NCBI GenBank assembly: GCA_040954595.2 | Contig: CM082585.2 | Coordinates: forward strand, 2,200,902-2,264,901 | Reading direction: 5' to 3' | DNA length: 64,000 nucleotides | Source: Balanoglossus misakiensis | Taxonomy: Eukaryota > Animalia > Hemichordata | Part shown: positions 24,361-37,428 of the stretch, piece after piece | How positions within the stretch are numbered: the first letter of the stretch is position 1 | Layout: the number at the start of each line of letters is the position of its first letter | Notes under the pieces: model-generated | The model's database searches: none | Seen by the model: only the letters and a program-made list of their open reading frames with translations | Told to the model about the DNA's origin: nothing | Position numbers and translations under genes: made by a program

Positions 24361-25129
24361 CATTAATTTGAGGCCATCGCTTTCGTCAATTTCCCTGCGC
24401 TCCCCCTGGTAGTTTACGTCCAGTCCCTTACTTGTAATTGTCTTTGTTTGGCAACTGCAGGCCAAAAAGTTTTACTACCATGAATAAATCTACCCTAATC
24501 GATTATTCATAAAAGTACAACGTTTTTTTTTTTGGAACTACTGTCGACATTGTAAAAACCCCAGGTAGTAACTTGGGGGTGAAACAAGGCAACTCTCAGT
24601 AGCTCCTGGGAACAGTTCAATTTCAAGGTCATATCATTAAATGTGCTGGTCCAGTGAAAAAAAATGGGTCTCATGAACGTTCCCCAATTCATGACTCATC
24701 GCCAAGGTCCTTGGAATGAAGCACATTTTAAAACAGGCAACTGGTCTGGTCTTTTGCTTTGTCAACTTTCGACAAGCTTTAGCCGTGCATGCCCTGTAAG
24801 TCACAATGCACATTAGACATCAACATTACTTTAGAACATGGTGAATTTCACACAGTGTGTAGGTTATATTATTGACTGCTACAATATTTTCAGTGTTTGG
24901 GTGTAAAATGAACCCAGGTAGCTGGCAGTTGAAACACTACTGAACAAACAGTTTCATGTCAATGTAATCCAGACATTATCACTGAAGAGGTGTGAACGAG
25001 CGAAGACATTCAGGAGGCTCCTCTGTGCAAACACTGCCCTTGGCTACCAGCTGTGAAGTGATATGATAGAATTGTACCACATCAACTAGCAAGGCCCTGC
25101 ACTGTAAGATGTTAAGTGTTATTTTTTGT

Positions 25130-25450
25130 GTGTTTTATTTGGTCCCATTTGTATAGGTATATACAGTGGGACCTTATGGATTTGGTTGCGTCTGTATGTA
25201 TGTATGGACATATGGACGGATAGATGGATGTATGTCCGTACACATCAAAAACTTGAAAACCGTTGCGCCAATAACCTCGATATTTGGTGTGTAGATGCAT
25301 GCTAGGCTGTAGATGGGAGTTTGTTCAAACGAAGTTGTCATTGCCAAAAATATATACAAATTAGCTGGGAAAACCTTAATTTGGTCAAAACTCAGAAACA
25401 CGACAAGTCCTGGTCATGTTGATTTGAAAAAATGGTATGATAGTACCTTA
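25130..25450. mobile_element. Possible Helentron/DINE-like non-autonomous element fragment
   Basis: A tetranucleotide microsatellite (TATG/GATG/GACG) followed by AAAACCGTTGCGCCAATAACCTCGATATTTGGT. The resemblance is general only and the ends are not defined. Confidence 0.35.
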
Positions 25451-25826
25451 TATTAGCCTCACACATTTCTGTATGTTTTAAGCTAATAGTGTGAATTTTC
25501 TACTTGTTATGCATTTTTTTGTCTTTTTCCACATTTTTGGTAAAAAATCTACTTTTCTGGAATTGATCAGCCGACTTCTGTGAAATTTACTATGGAGCTT
25601 CATATAGGTGATCTGAGTTACATGATGGATACCAACGTAAAACCACATATTGCCACCAGTCAAATATGTTGAAAACAGTGTCATATTTGCTACCGAAACA
25701 GATCCTACTGTATCCTTTAACACCCCATTAGGGAACATGTATTCAAAGCATAGTAAGTTTCCACAGTGGGAAAAATACATGCAGTAAATGTCACAGTGCA
25801 TTGTTAACAATGCATAAATTAGATAA

Positions 25827-27600
25827 TTAAGTCAAAGGCTGACATTTCTCACTGTGTGTGACCAGGGTATCATTTTAAACACAGACTGGACTTTGAGTAT
25901 TGTGTCCAATGGAAAAAATACATCAGCATCTACGTCTGCAAAAATGGTGTCAGAACTGACATATCTTATCATGTATGCCATCGAACTCAAATGATAAAAT
26001 CTTCCTTTCATGTGACCTGTCTGGTTAAAGTTTACTGCCAACATTTCACCATGCTTTACCCACCCAAGACACAGTGTGTCAAATCCAATATTTGGTTCAA
26101 TGAATGAACCATGAAAGTTTCCGAATTAGTACTACCCGAAAACGTCACATCAAGCTAAATTTGGAATTTTGATGGGGTGGGGAGGTAAAGCTTATCTAAC
26201 ATATAGTCGTTTAGATTTAACACTATGCCTGTGAGTTACATGTTAATATTTTCTGCATGTCTGTCGCGTACAATGCGTCGGTGCGCAAAAATGATCACAG
26301 GTACTATTCAGAAGAATTCCGCTGATTCATGATGACTATGTGCATGGAAAAACCCTGATTATGATCTAACTGATAAACAATAGCATGATATTAATAAAAT
26401 ATACACATTAACCAATGAATGAACCATCATGAAGATTGTGCCCTAACACTTATTTAAGCTTTTATCACTATTATACCTTTGTCATTACTAAAGATATGAA
26501 CAGCCCTGTACACCAAAGCTATCACCACATTTGTTAACCTTTATTACACCATTCATATGAAACCATTCACCATCATCAACCTCTATTATATTCATTGTTT
26601 TGCCCATTATAATCTGTGTACCCTCAATTTTACCACAAACCATCACCACATCAGTTAACTGTTTATTAAACACTTCCACATGTGTTGCCCATTATTATAC
26701 CATTGAAATTTGTAAATCGATCATTATACCTATCATACAAGCAATTGCTGATTGCTGTTAACCCTTGTGTACCACAAGCCATTATCATGAAATAGGCAAC
26801 ATGAATTTCACATAACACAGTTTGTCAGCTCTGAAAATGAAGTTATCATGATCATTATCTATGCTAATTAAAAGTGTACGTGGGAAATTGACCTTAGCAG
26901 GCGCTGCCTTATTAAGCTCAAAGTCAGAGTATAAATAAATGTACAGGCGTGTAAATTAGACAACATCAATATAACGCAGATAACACAGTTTGTCAACTCT
27001 GAGAATATTGTTCTCAGGACCATTTCCCATGCTTAATTAAAGTGTTGTGTATGTGGTACAGTTTGGATTCCTTGTCAGATTTCCTATAACACAGGTCGTG
27101 AGCCCCGAAAAGTACCATAACACAATTCTCATGAACATTTTCCATGATCAATAAAAGTGTTGTGTGTAGCATAGTCATTTTTCCGTTTGCTGTGACATTT
27201 GTCTCCCTGTGAGAGTTTAAGTAAATGTGGAAACACGCAAATTAGGCAACACCAATATCCCGTACATAATTCAGTGTGTTTTGTTCGCATTTTTGGTTGC
27301 CATTTTGAAAATGAACAAAGGACTTTCCATTGACCAACACCCGTATGAATACGTCCAAATTACCCAACTTTAATATTCCTTAAATAATTGGTCAGCTCTG
27401 CAAATATTTTTCACCTGACCACTTCCTTAGCTAGGTAAGAGTGTTGTTTATGTAATAATATTAATATAATATTTATAACTTATGTAGCACATTAAATCTC
27501 AACATGCTTTAAAGTTGTTCCATGGTCATTTGACCTAGGTCGTTGGACCTAAACATTCCATTCAACTCCCTGGGGAGTACAGCTCACCATCATTAGCAAT
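25827..27600 (+). repeat. Composite dispersed repeat (satellite leader), paralog of 39922-41620
   Basis: Both copies start TTAAGTCAAAGGCTGA(C/T)ATTTCTCACTGTGTGTGACCAGGG and are collinear for ~1.7 kb. Partial copies lie at 23059-23590, 42590-44160 and 60372-60660. Confidence 0.9.
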
Positions 27601-28225
27601 GTCAAATTACAGTGCTTTTGGCCACATATCAACCTGGGGATTTACAGACAACTTAAAATCCCCCTCAGCATGCATTTAATCCCCATGTCAAAGTGCAGAG
27701 CTTGCATCACCATCTACCCCTTACAGTACTTATGGCCATGTATTAACCTAGGGATTTACAGTCAACATTAAATACCCATGCATATATTAACCTGGGAATT
27801 TACATTCAACATTAAATACCCATGCATATATTAACCTGGGAATTTACATTCAACATTAAATACCCATGCACATGCATTAAATACGTATGCCAAAGCGCAG
27901 AGCTTGGATCACCATCTACACTGATGCATCATTAGGCTTGCTACGCCATTTCCCCTAATGCAAAGAATCACATTCAATGTCACCATTGTATTAGCTATGT
28001 CAAATTTCAGTGCTTTTGGACTTGTATTAACCCAGGGATTTTCAGTCAACTTTTAATCCCCACATGCATTTAATACCCATGTCAAAGTGAAGTGTTTGCA
28101 TCACTATCTACCGGGATGCATCATCAAGCTTGCATCGCCATTTACCCTGATGCAAAGAATCAGATTCAGTGTCACCATTTCATTAGCAATGTAAAATAAA
28201 ATTGCTTTTTGCCAAGTATTAACCA
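27595..28225 (+). repeat. Short array (~3 monomers) of the ~194-bp satellite
   Basis: GCAATGTCAAATTACAGTGCTTTTGGCC...TGATGCAAAGAATCAGATTC monomers, the same as in the 44.2-59.6-kb array. Confidence 0.9.
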
Positions 28226-28623
28226 GGGGTACCAATTCTCTGCCCTAGCAAGGGCCAGGGGTACTTATTCTCTGCCCTAGTAAAGTTTACAATCCCATAA
28301 ATCACTATTGCAATAACATGAACTATGACATGTTCAATGCACAGCAAAACAGCAGCAACCAATCCAATTGAATGTTAAAACATGTCTCAATATTTATTAT
28401 CAAATATTAATTTTTAAGATTACCCTAAGAAGTCTCTATAGTATCACACATTTTAACATCTAGGCTAGCTGATGATAAGTAATACTTACCAGAAACTTGT
28501 CCATATCTGATGCTTTTTGACAACAATACCAAAAGTGGTTCACAATGTGGGTCACCCATTTCAGCAGTGGTTTGCACTCTTTGTTTTGTGCAGCCTTAAA
28601 AAAACACAGAATACACTCATGAT

Positions 28624-28777
28624 TGTGATGTCCGGGGAGGGGTTATTGACAGTCGACAACGACGGAGTTCCACAGAAGTGATGTTTATTGAATGACAACC
28701 ACGCGGGAACTAACAGTTACAGGAAATCACGTATACAGACCATGTGACAATCACGTGATCATGACAATACTATCACA
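28624..28777 (-). repeat. 3' LTR (154 bp)
   Basis: TGTGAT...ATCACA; identical by eye to 33471-33624. Confidence 0.97.
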
Positions 28778-29250
28778 TCTCCTCAACTTTAGAAGAAAAC
28801 TTGTACTTTAAGTTTACAACTCGCTTTGGAAAGTATGAAATTTGCCAACACTGTCAAATTGTAATGCTTTGTGAATGATCATGTTCTAACAAACGAAAAC
28901 AAACAGAACCTTAACCTTAACAAGAACTTGAGAACTTCATAACTAGGAAAATACAAATCTCCAAGAGAAAATTTGCTCTACAGAAACTCATTCCATAATG
29001 TTTGTGGACAGTCTTATGTCAATATAATCTATCCTTCTGGCATGCAATAGTCTTTGTGCCAAGGAGGTTTAGATTTTATTCTTGTTGAGCGTCTCACATC
29101 AGTACTATTGGGGTTTACATTTGTCTTAGGTGAATTTGTCACTGGCATTGTTGGAGGAACATTTACAATCGTTTCCAACGATGCTGTACCAGTAGGTGAA
29201 ACAGGACTAGGACATGCTGGTCCAGTTGATTTCTGACTAGAACAGACGGG

Positions 29251-31848
29251 TTATACTGGCAAGTTATCCAGGTTGTTATGTGTAGACAAATCATGGATAT
29301 GGGGGTTACAGGATGGAACACCATTTTGAACCCTTTGAGGTTGTTCATATGTCAAATGTTTGGAGTTCCATTCAGTGCCCTGGAAGGAAAATTCTGGATA
29401 TTCCTCAACATATTTCTTTACATGTCCAGTGGACCTTCTTTTTACACCTTTGGAGTTTTCCAATAATAACGCACCTCCATCTTTCTGGATGACTTTGTAT
29501 GGTTCTGTCTCGAAATTGGGAGTGAGTTTGTTTTGCCTAAATGCTTGCTGGAGCAAAACAGTATCACCTTCCCTGATATCTGAGGAAGTGGCATGTCTCC
29601 TGTTGTCGGCATAGAACTTTTGTTTCATTTTCATTCTGTTGTTTCTTTCTCTCATTTTGATTTGCCAATCAGACTCATTGATTGTTTGGGATGGAATTCT
29701 CAGTCTAGGAATTTTGTCCCTAAACTCTCTTCCCATCAGAGCCATAGCAGGAGATATGCCTGTCACAGTATGGGGTGTATTTCTATATTCAAATAGAAAA
29801 TGTGTCAAATCTTTGTACCAACTTTTCTTTTGCAATTTAGCAATTCGTACAGACTTCAAAATTATTTCATTCAGCCTCTCAACACTTCCATTGCTCTGAG
29901 GCCAGTATGGAATGGAATATTCATGATCAATACCTAAGTAATCAAGGAAACCTTCAAACTCGGCTGAGGTAAAAGGTGGACCATTGTCTGATTTGACACA
30001 GTAAGGCAACCCATGTGTAAGAAACATAGCTTCCATGGCTTTTATGACATGGGCAGCATCTGTTTTCTTTAACAAAACTACTTCAGGCCATCTAGAGTAT
30101 AAATCAGTTACCACTAGTAATTTCTCACCATCACATACATCCAAAAGATCAACTGCTAAATCGAACCATGGTCCTTCAGGTAACTGTGTGGGTAATAATG
30201 GCTCTGGGTTTGGCCTGGCACTGACCAATTGACATGGATGACAGGATCGTATCAGTTTTTCCACATCCCTGTCCATTCCTGGCCACCAAACTCTGTCACG
30301 TAAACGAGCCTTTGTCCTCACAATTCCCTGATGACCCTGGTGTGCAATTTTCAAGATTTTTCTTTGCAAAACTTGAGGAACAACCAATCTGTTACCACGC
30401 ATGATCAATCTGCCATACAACCATAATTCGTCTTTCACATGCCAATAGGGTGAAGACTTCAATTTTGACCAATTTGCAGAGGTAATACACTTTTCAACCA
30501 ATTGCAAGCTCTGGTCTTTTGCAGATTCTCTCTCAATATCACGTGGGGTGATAGCAGATGGCATAGCCTCTAAAACAACACTACATGCAAAATCTTCAGT
30601 CTCTCTACAATAGTTGTCAGATGGTTCGTCCACGGGCAATCTACTCAACATGTCCGCATAATTATTCTTTCCCTTGATATGGGTGATATGATAATCAAAT
30701 TGTTGCATATATAACAGCCATCTCTCAATTCTAGCTGAAGGGGGCCTGGAGTTAGGGCTGAATACTTTCAATAAAGGCTTATGGTCAGTTCTGACCTCAA
30801 AATGACTGCCTAGCAGAAACTGCTGAAGTTTCTCACATGCCCATTTAACTCCAAGCGCCTCTCGCTCAAACTGAGAGTACCTCGACTCAACATGTGTAAG
30901 CTTTCTGCTAACATAGTACACTGGTTGATATGAACCATTACTTTGCATTTGTTCAAGGATTGCTCCAACACCAACGGGCGATGCATCAGAAGTGACTCGA
31001 GTTTTAGCACCCTGCTTGAAATAAGCCATGAATGGACTTGTGGTCAATTTATGTTTGATGAGATTGAATACTTTCTCATGCTTGGGAAGCCATTTCCACT
31101 TTGCATCTTTGCGAGTCAAATCCCACAGTGGGCTTGTCACTGTTGCAAATTTATCGACATATTTTGAGCAAAATTGAGCCAGCCCAAAGAAACTTCTCAA
31201 TTCTGATTTGTCAGTTGGCGTTCGAGCTTTTACAATAGCTTTGACCTTCTCATCAGTGAGTTTCATACCCTGGGCCGTCATCAAGTGACCCATGAATATC
31301 ATACTGTCTCCTAGCTTACATTTTGTAAAGTTCAGCGTTAAACCATGCTCACTAAAACGCTTGATCACTTTCCCAACTCTGGCATGCAGCTGCTCATAAT
31401 TTTCAGCTACTACTCTAATATCATCATGCATGTTGTGGGCACCCTCACAGCCCTTCAAAACCTGGCTAATTAGATTTTGAAACTTTTCAGTCGCCATGTT
31501 CACACCAAAAACTAAACGCTTGTAGCGATACAAAGAGTTGGGCCCTGAAAAGGTTGTAATATCCCTGCTCTTTTCATCGAGCTCAATTTGATGGAAAGCC
31601 ATATTCATATCAAGCTTGCAAAATACCTTGGCCCCTGAAATTTCCTCTAGCGTTTCATCCATGGTGGGAACAGGGTGTCTTTCCCTAACAATGGCTTGAT
31701 TTGCTTTTCTCATGTCCAGACATAGTCTGATATCCCCATCAGGCTTTTGTACTGTTACAAGGGGGTTGACCCAAGAGGTCGGACCCGAAACCTTCTCTAT
31801 TACTCCCAGCTTTTGAAGCTCGTTGAGTTTTTTCAACAACTTTAGCAC
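29251..31848 (-). CDS. pol: pol: reverse transcriptase, RNase H and integrase
   Basis: WVNPLVTVQKPDGDIRLCLDMR, MHDD, SDASPVGVGA, EREALG, TDHKPL, AHQGHQG..CHPC, VDL/SDNGP/GSVERLN. It is joined to gag-PR across a frameshift in the A-run near 31830. Confidence 0.95.
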   Translation of the reverse strand: MLKLLKKLNELQKLGVIEKVSGPTSWVNPLVTVQKPDGDIRLCLDMRKANQAIVRERHPVPTMDETLEEISGAKVFCKLDMNMAFHQIELDEKSRDITTFSGPNSLYRYKRLVFGVNMATEKFQNLISQVLKGCEGAHNMHDDIRVVAENYEQLHARVGKVIKRFSEHGLTLNFTKCKLGDSMIFMGHLMTAQGMKLTDEKVKAIVKARTPTDKSELRSFFGLAQFCSKYVDKFATVTSPLWDLTRKDAKWKWLPKHEKVFNLIKHKLTTSPFMAYFKQGAKTRVTSDASPVGVGAILEQMQSNGSYQPVYYVSRKLTHVESRYSQFEREALGVKWACEKLQQFLLGSHFEVRTDHKPLLKVFSPNSRPPSARIERWLLYMQQFDYHITHIKGKNNYADMLSRLPVDEPSDNYCRETEDFACSVVLEAMPSAITPRDIERESAKDQSLQLVEKCITSANWSKLKSSPYWHVKDELWLYGRLIMRGNRLVVPQVLQRKILKIAHQGHQGIVRTKARLRDRVWWPGMDRDVEKLIRSCHPCQLVSARPNPEPLLPTQLPEGPWFDLAVDLLDVCDGEKLLVVTDLYSRWPEVVLLKKTDAAHVIKAMEAMFLTHGLPYCVKSDNGPPFTSAEFEGFLDYLGIDHEYSIPYWPQSNGSVERLNEIILKSVRIAKLQKKSWYKDLTHFLFEYRNTPHTVTGISPAMALMGREFRDKIPRLRIPSQTINESDWQIKMRERNNRMKMKQKFYADNRRHATSSDIREGDTVLLQQAFRQNKLTPNFETEPYKVIQKDGGALLLENSKGVKRRSTGHVKKYVEEYPEFSFQGTEWNSKHLTYEQPQRVQNGVPSCNPHIHDLSTHNNLDNLPV

Positions 31849-33370
31849 GGCGGTTGAAAGGAATTCGCCGGTACTGGGCTATGGGTTTGACACTCTCATC
31901 AATATGCAAATGGAGCTTGTAGCCCTTTAACTTACCCAACCCATTAAATACCTCAGGATATTTCCTCCGCAATTCTGCAAGAATTGGCGAAGAATTATCA
32001 GCAGATATTGAATTTATCGTGTACAGATTCACATTTCCAACTCTCAACATATCTAAATTCTCAGAAGTACTCCGACTCAACAAAATCGGTTGATCAGCCT
32101 TGATCACTATAAAATCAGCAATACATTTCTTTTTAGTAGGCGCTTCAACATGTAAGGCACATTTACCCAATATATCTAAAGGTTTACTAGAACCATAGGT
32201 AAACACTTTATTGTTACAATTTCGAACTTTCACACCACGCTTTTCAGCAAGTCTGCGAAATTGTCTTTCACCAATGAGATTACATGTAGCACCACTGTCG
32301 ATGATAACCGGCACGTGTTGATTCTCGATCTGAATACCTGTATCAGTGAGGTCCTTCCCACTGGAAGCACGGAAAGCAGCATTAAAAGCATAGTACGCTT
32401 TCTCCTCGTCAGTCTCGACGTCTGCATGGCCACCATCGGCGTTTGCATCAGTAGTCGTCTGAGCTACCTTGTGTGTACCGCGACCATCACCACGCGTACG
32501 GCCACGTCCACGTGCGCTGCGGTTACCACCACTGCCTCGACTGTTGCCATTTTCACTGTCTTTAGACGGACAGTCTTCCCACTTAGCACGACAGTCTGCA
32601 GCTCTGTGTCCCGGTTTTTGACATCGGAAACACCGGTCGGATTTTTGTTCGGCATTGCGAGAACTACCACTTGTACTGGCGCGACATTCACGTTGCATGT
32701 GACCTTTCCTTCCACAACGGAAACAGGCTAAGTCCGCCATTTTGTTTTTGGCGCGCGTACGTTTACCGCCAATATTGACTGCATTTGCACTCACAGCTTG
32801 AGTACCAGACACCAAAACTAGTGCATCTTTGTCGTGATACGACCGTATGATTTGTAGTAGTTTGGTAGTGTCCAAATTCTTTTCACGATACAGCTTGCTT
32901 TTTAGCACCTTGTCGCTGATGTAGAGCAAGACACGATCTCTTATCTGGTTGTCTTTTTCCGTCTCGGGAAAATCACAGTCTTTCAGTAGGTTCTTGAGAC
33001 GTATTACGTAGCTGTCGACCGTCTCCCCGGACGTGGGAGTTGCGCTGTAAAACTTCTGTCTCGCCATAGGAACGTTTTTCTGCAGTTGAAAGTGTTTATC
33101 CAAACATGCTATCAACGTTGCGCAGTTTGTGACGTCACCAGTTTCATCTTCAGATTTAGTGCTAACAATGTCTCTGATGCCCGCTCCAGCCATGTGCAAA
33201 AGTAAGGCACGCTTCTGCGCATTATTTGAAACACCAGAAGCTGCTACGAACAGTTCAAATTCCTGAAGCCAACGCTCCCACCTTTGCTGAAGAGCCTCCG
33301 GTTCGCCTTCACAGTCGAATCCCGCCACTCCTGGCAGTCCGGACAGCGTTACGGGTGTAGACATTTTCAT
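31739..33370 (-). CDS. gag: gag with two CCHC knuckles and aspartic protease
   Basis: WERWLQEFELF; CFRCGRKGHMQREC; CFRCQKPGHRAADC; IIDSGATCNLI. Confidence 0.95.
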   Translation of the reverse strand: MKMSTPVTLSGLPGVAGFDCEGEPEALQQRWERWLQEFELFVAASGVSNNAQKRALLLHMAGAGIRDIVSTKSEDETGDVTNCATLIACLDKHFQLQKNVPMARQKFYSATPTSGETVDSYVIRLKNLLKDCDFPETEKDNQIRDRVLLYISDKVLKSKLYREKNLDTTKLLQIIRSYHDKDALVLVSGTQAVSANAVNIGGKRTRAKNKMADLACFRCGRKGHMQRECRASTSGSSRNAEQKSDRCFRCQKPGHRAADCRAKWEDCPSKDSENGNSRGSGGNRSARGRGRTRGDGRGTHKVAQTTTDANADGGHADVETDEEKAYYAFNAAFRASSGKDLTDTGIQIENQHVPVIIDSGATCNLIGERQFRRLAEKRGVKVRNCNNKVFTYGSSKPLDILGKCALHVEAPTKKKCIADFIVIKADQPILLSRSTSENLDMLRVGNVNLYTINSISADNSSPILAELRRKYPEVFNGLGKLKGYKLHLHIDESVKPIAQYRRIPFNRRAKVVEKTQRASKAGSNREGFGSDLLGQPPCNSTKA

Positions 33371-33453
33371 GCACTCAAATCACGGCTAAAAAGTCACCAA
33401 ATCTCGTAAAGGTTGCTTGCGTATGTTCTTCGATAGTTAATTTAGACAACTAA

Positions 33454-33466
33454 ATCCTCGTCGCCA
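33454..33466 (-). promoter_or_regulatory. Primer binding site, tRNA-Ser(GCU)-like
   Basis: The minus strand reads TGGCGACGAGGAT 4 nt after the 5' LTR, complementary to the ...ATCCTCGTCGCCA 3' end of metazoan tRNA-Ser(GCU). Confidence 0.85.
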
Positions 33467-33470
33467 TTTA

Positions 33471-33624
33471 TGTGATGTCCGGGGAGGGGTTATTGACAGT
33501 CGACAACGACGGAGTTCCACAGAAGTGATGTTTATTGAATGACAACCACGCGGGAACTAACAGTTACAGGAAATCACGTATACAGACCATGTGACAATCA
33601 CGTGATCATGACAATACTATCACA
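33471..33624 (-). repeat. 5' LTR (154 bp)
   Basis: Identical by eye to 28624-28777 and adjacent to the PBS. Confidence 0.97.
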
Positions 33625-34110
33625 ATGATCTGATATAAACTGATGGTTCATAACTATTCACCATAGACCTGAACTTGTTTGTGACATTTACTGATGCAAA
33701 TAACAACTGCACAATTTGAATATTGCCATAACTATTTTCAAAGGTAGTTTGACACCCACCCCACCCAAAATGATAGAAGGATCAGTTAGTAACATTCTAT
33801 ACCCTTACATTTTTATGTGTCAGTGTCACACATATTTAGAAGATAAATGAAAACTGAATACAAGAATAAAAGTTTGTCTAACCTTTATGATCTTCTTTGA
33901 CAAGTTCTTGGCAGCATGCCAAATGTCATGAGAATGTTTTATGTCTGGGTGATCGTCTCCTATAAGAGTGGGTAAATGTGATTACAAATGGAGCTTCAAA
34001 ATGACAGTGTTATGATTGCCAAATACATTATCTCAGAAAAACAAAATCAACATTGACCTGTATAACAGCTTTGCTTTTGGCATTTCAAAGCAACATATAA
34101 CCCAAGTTAA

Positions 34111-34905
34111 GATGGGTCCCTAGGATCTTTTTGCTCGTTGCTATGGGCCTTTATAGGACACTACACTCAATTTTGATCGAAACCGTTATGAACGTCCGAC
34201 AAGGGGCTTGTAACTAGTTAAAAATACGCACGATTGTGTGCACACCCCCTGTCCGAGTATGGTTACGGCAGCTACCGCCCGGCCATAGGCCGCCACGCTA
34301 ATACGGCAAAGCAGCAGTCACCGATAGCGTGCGCGTCCTGTAACCACAGTAACTGGATCGAACGCTAAATATCCAATGTTTTGTACACAGAGATTTTGTA
34401 CCGTTCACGAAAATCCCTAAGGCTTTTTTCATAGGCGACGTAGGCCAGCCAAATTTGACCTGCTTGTTGAGAACGCACTTCCGCATAGTGTGACGGATCG
34501 TTTTTTCGGTTTTCGTCGTGCTAAGAAGCGATACCGGTGGAAGAGTGCGTCCAAAAACACCCAAAATCGATGACTTTTTCAGGTGTGGTACGGGTATGCT
34601 GAAATCGTAGGATACAACGATAATATTCGAAAACAAAATCCGTCACGATCTTCCCTGGTTCAAGCAACTAATGAATACGTATCAAGTTCGTTTTTGAGGT
34701 CACGGAATAAAAAGCCTTAGGCTTTTGAAATTTGACCTAGCTAATTTGCATATCAATGGCGTCAGGGGGCGCGCGCTCACAATCGTGCAGATTTTCAACT
34801 AGTTACCAGCCCCTTGTTAGACTCTGAAAACGGCTTAGTCCAAATCGGGGTGTAATGTCCTATAAAGGCCCATAGCAACGGGCAAAAAGATCCTAGGGAC
34901 CCATC
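34111..34905. mobile_element. 795-bp non-autonomous TTAA-targeting TIR element (Kolobok-like GA..TC ends) in a transposase intron
   Basis: TTAA|GATGGGTCCCTAGGATCTTTTTGC...GCAAAAAGATCCTAGGGACCCATC|TTAA; TIRs of ~55-75 bp and a GC-richer interior. Confidence 0.92.
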
Positions 34906-36224
34906 TTAAAATCATAAAATTACACTTACTCATCAGAGCTGTAATCTGCATGTGGGCATCTGTTACGACTTCTTTGACATTTACACCTTTCTCCTGAAGC
35001 TGGTTTAGACTTTTAACAAGGCAGGCCTTTTCCATGTTTGTTGACTTCTTCTCTGTTTCTCTTTTGTCCATGGTTATTATCGACAGAATTTTCTTGGTGG
35101 TTTCCTCCATCACAGTATAGGTGCAATATTGCGCACAAAAACCCGGGGAATCCATTCGCCCATCACCTGAGACATAATCAAGTAAATATGTCAGTCAAAT
35201 TATACATAAGTATGCATAAGTGAGAACATTTCCAATTCAATGATTTTACAATGAGTATGAAATGATGCAAATGAGGAAGTAAATGCCACCAAATAATAAC
35301 TATTGTATTCTTTTCTAAATCAGCAGAATAGAGTGTGTAAGTATAAACTTTTAGACATAAATTACAAGTGCATTGGCCGACATGTGATGGATAATCAGTG
35401 GGGTGAGCCAATCAGATTAGGTGCGTGTCATTAACAATGAAGCTAAAAACTTACCCAGTAAAACAAGTTCTTGGCCATCAAATGAATCAATGATGTCTTG
35501 TTGTTGTCGTATCCAAAATTCATCAAGACATGGTATTAGATAAGCTTTCTGAATTCTATTGTAAGTATTCTGGGAGCAAATTCTGAGTGACAGAATGCTT
35601 GCCAAAAAATTAATTTTGGCATAATTATTACCAGACAATAGAATGGCAGCTGCTGTGAAGAGATCACCACTATGAAGTCTCCTGTTCAAAATTGGTTGTG
35701 AACACCATTCGTACTCAAGGTGACCAGCTGAGCATTCCTGAAAAAAAAAAGTTTAAAGATTCATGCTTATTTGATCATTTCATGTTGATTTCTCCAAGAC
35801 ACGATAAAACAGATGTTAATACCGATAACTTTGTAATTTCAGTTGACTATTGTTTTTTATTATAAACCTAAAGGAACAATGTGCACCCACATAGGATTAT
35901 AACTAGAGTTTCCTGTTCATCTAAATAATACTGGCATAGTGATTGTCCATACAATGCACACTACAGTTGGTATAGTTTAACAATAATTGTCAAGAATATA
36001 CCATATTTAGTTCACACTCACCCACTTTAGATATAAAGCTGAGCCAACAAACTTTGAAGTAGAGGATATCAATCCACTGCAAGACTTCAATGCACAGACT
36101 TGCCTAATAGATTTTTTGCCAAGGGCCAGAAGCTGGTTAAAAAAAACAGACATGTTGTAGAGTCACCAAGGAGGCTTTCCCCATCTTCTTCTGTGACAAC
36201 TCTCTGCAGACCCGGTGATGGTGT

Positions 36225-36255
<31 letters not shown>

Positions 36256-37428
36256 CCACCGTCACTTTCAATATCGTCGTCACCAATGGCAGGAACCACC
36301 TGCACGCCATTAGTTCTGAGAAATGGACAAAAAATCCTAACAATGCTCATGACTTGTCCATCAGAGTTTGTCAGTCAGCTGTTAGTACAAATGTTGTAAG
36401 TTGATGTTTCATTCATAAAAGAAAATTTATCATATATATGAATTTTAGCGTCCAACACTTAGGCTTTTTTTAACCATGAGGATATTTTGCTTTCCATTTG
36501 TTGTGTACCCATCCAATAAGGAACTTTGATGATAGTGATAAATGCGCACTTACATTATAGAAATATCAAAGCTGGGCTCATAGTCATAATCATCATCGTC
36601 ACATAGGTTCATGTCTTCCTCTTTGTCTTCCTCAGAAATATCAATGCTCAACCTGGTAGTAATAAAACCAAGGAATTAATCTGAATAGTGGGACAATGCT
36701 GCTCACTAAAAATACATATAGTCACTCATAAGCACAAAAAAGAAAGAAAACATTTCCCATGAATTTAAGTACAAGCAAATGTTCTGACACACGTGATGCA
36801 TGTCATGAAACTGATTTTCCCAACAAATTTAAATTTAGTGTAACAGGAGAAAAGAAGCAATCGAAAAGGCTTGCTCAAGCAAGGGATACATGCATGCCGT
36901 ATATGACAATAGAATAAGGAAAACTTACTCAAATGGATTGATGAAAGACTCAGACAAATTTCTTGGAAATCTTACACGGCCGCTGGAGAAAAAAATGACA
37001 AAATAGGCACACATGAGACGGCAATATGTACTGAACTAATTTACAGCTGTGAACTAAATATAACACACATGAAAATTGAACTCTGAAACAAAGTGACAGG
37101 GGCACACAGGGACAGCAGCATCACTGCTTATTTTTACAGGTTCCTCTCTATCTTGGTTTCACACAAGTAAATTTAGGGTGCTTGGTAAACATTTGCCATT
37201 TTGCTTTCTAAGAAATATTTTCATGTTGATAGCTACACAGAATAACTTATTCACACAAGCATAAGCAAGGGAGTTAGAAATTAGTACATTTACATGTATG
37301 TAAAGCAGTCGCTCCTGCTTTTGTCCTAAAGCAGGAGATTAATGTTTATCACAAAAGGTACAAAAGAGGGGGGAAAGCCACATTTCACTATAAAAGTTTA
37401 CCTAACTACAGTTTATCTTCAGATTAAT

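Larger units (their letters stand above)
28624..33624 (-). mobile_element. Complete Ty3/gypsy LTR retrotransposon (Mag/SURL-like), 5,001 bp
   Basis: 154-bp LTRs, 5-bp TSD ATGAT (28619-28623 and 33625-33629), PBS, short purine tract GAGGAGA, and gag-PR-RT-RH-IN order. Confidence 0.97.
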
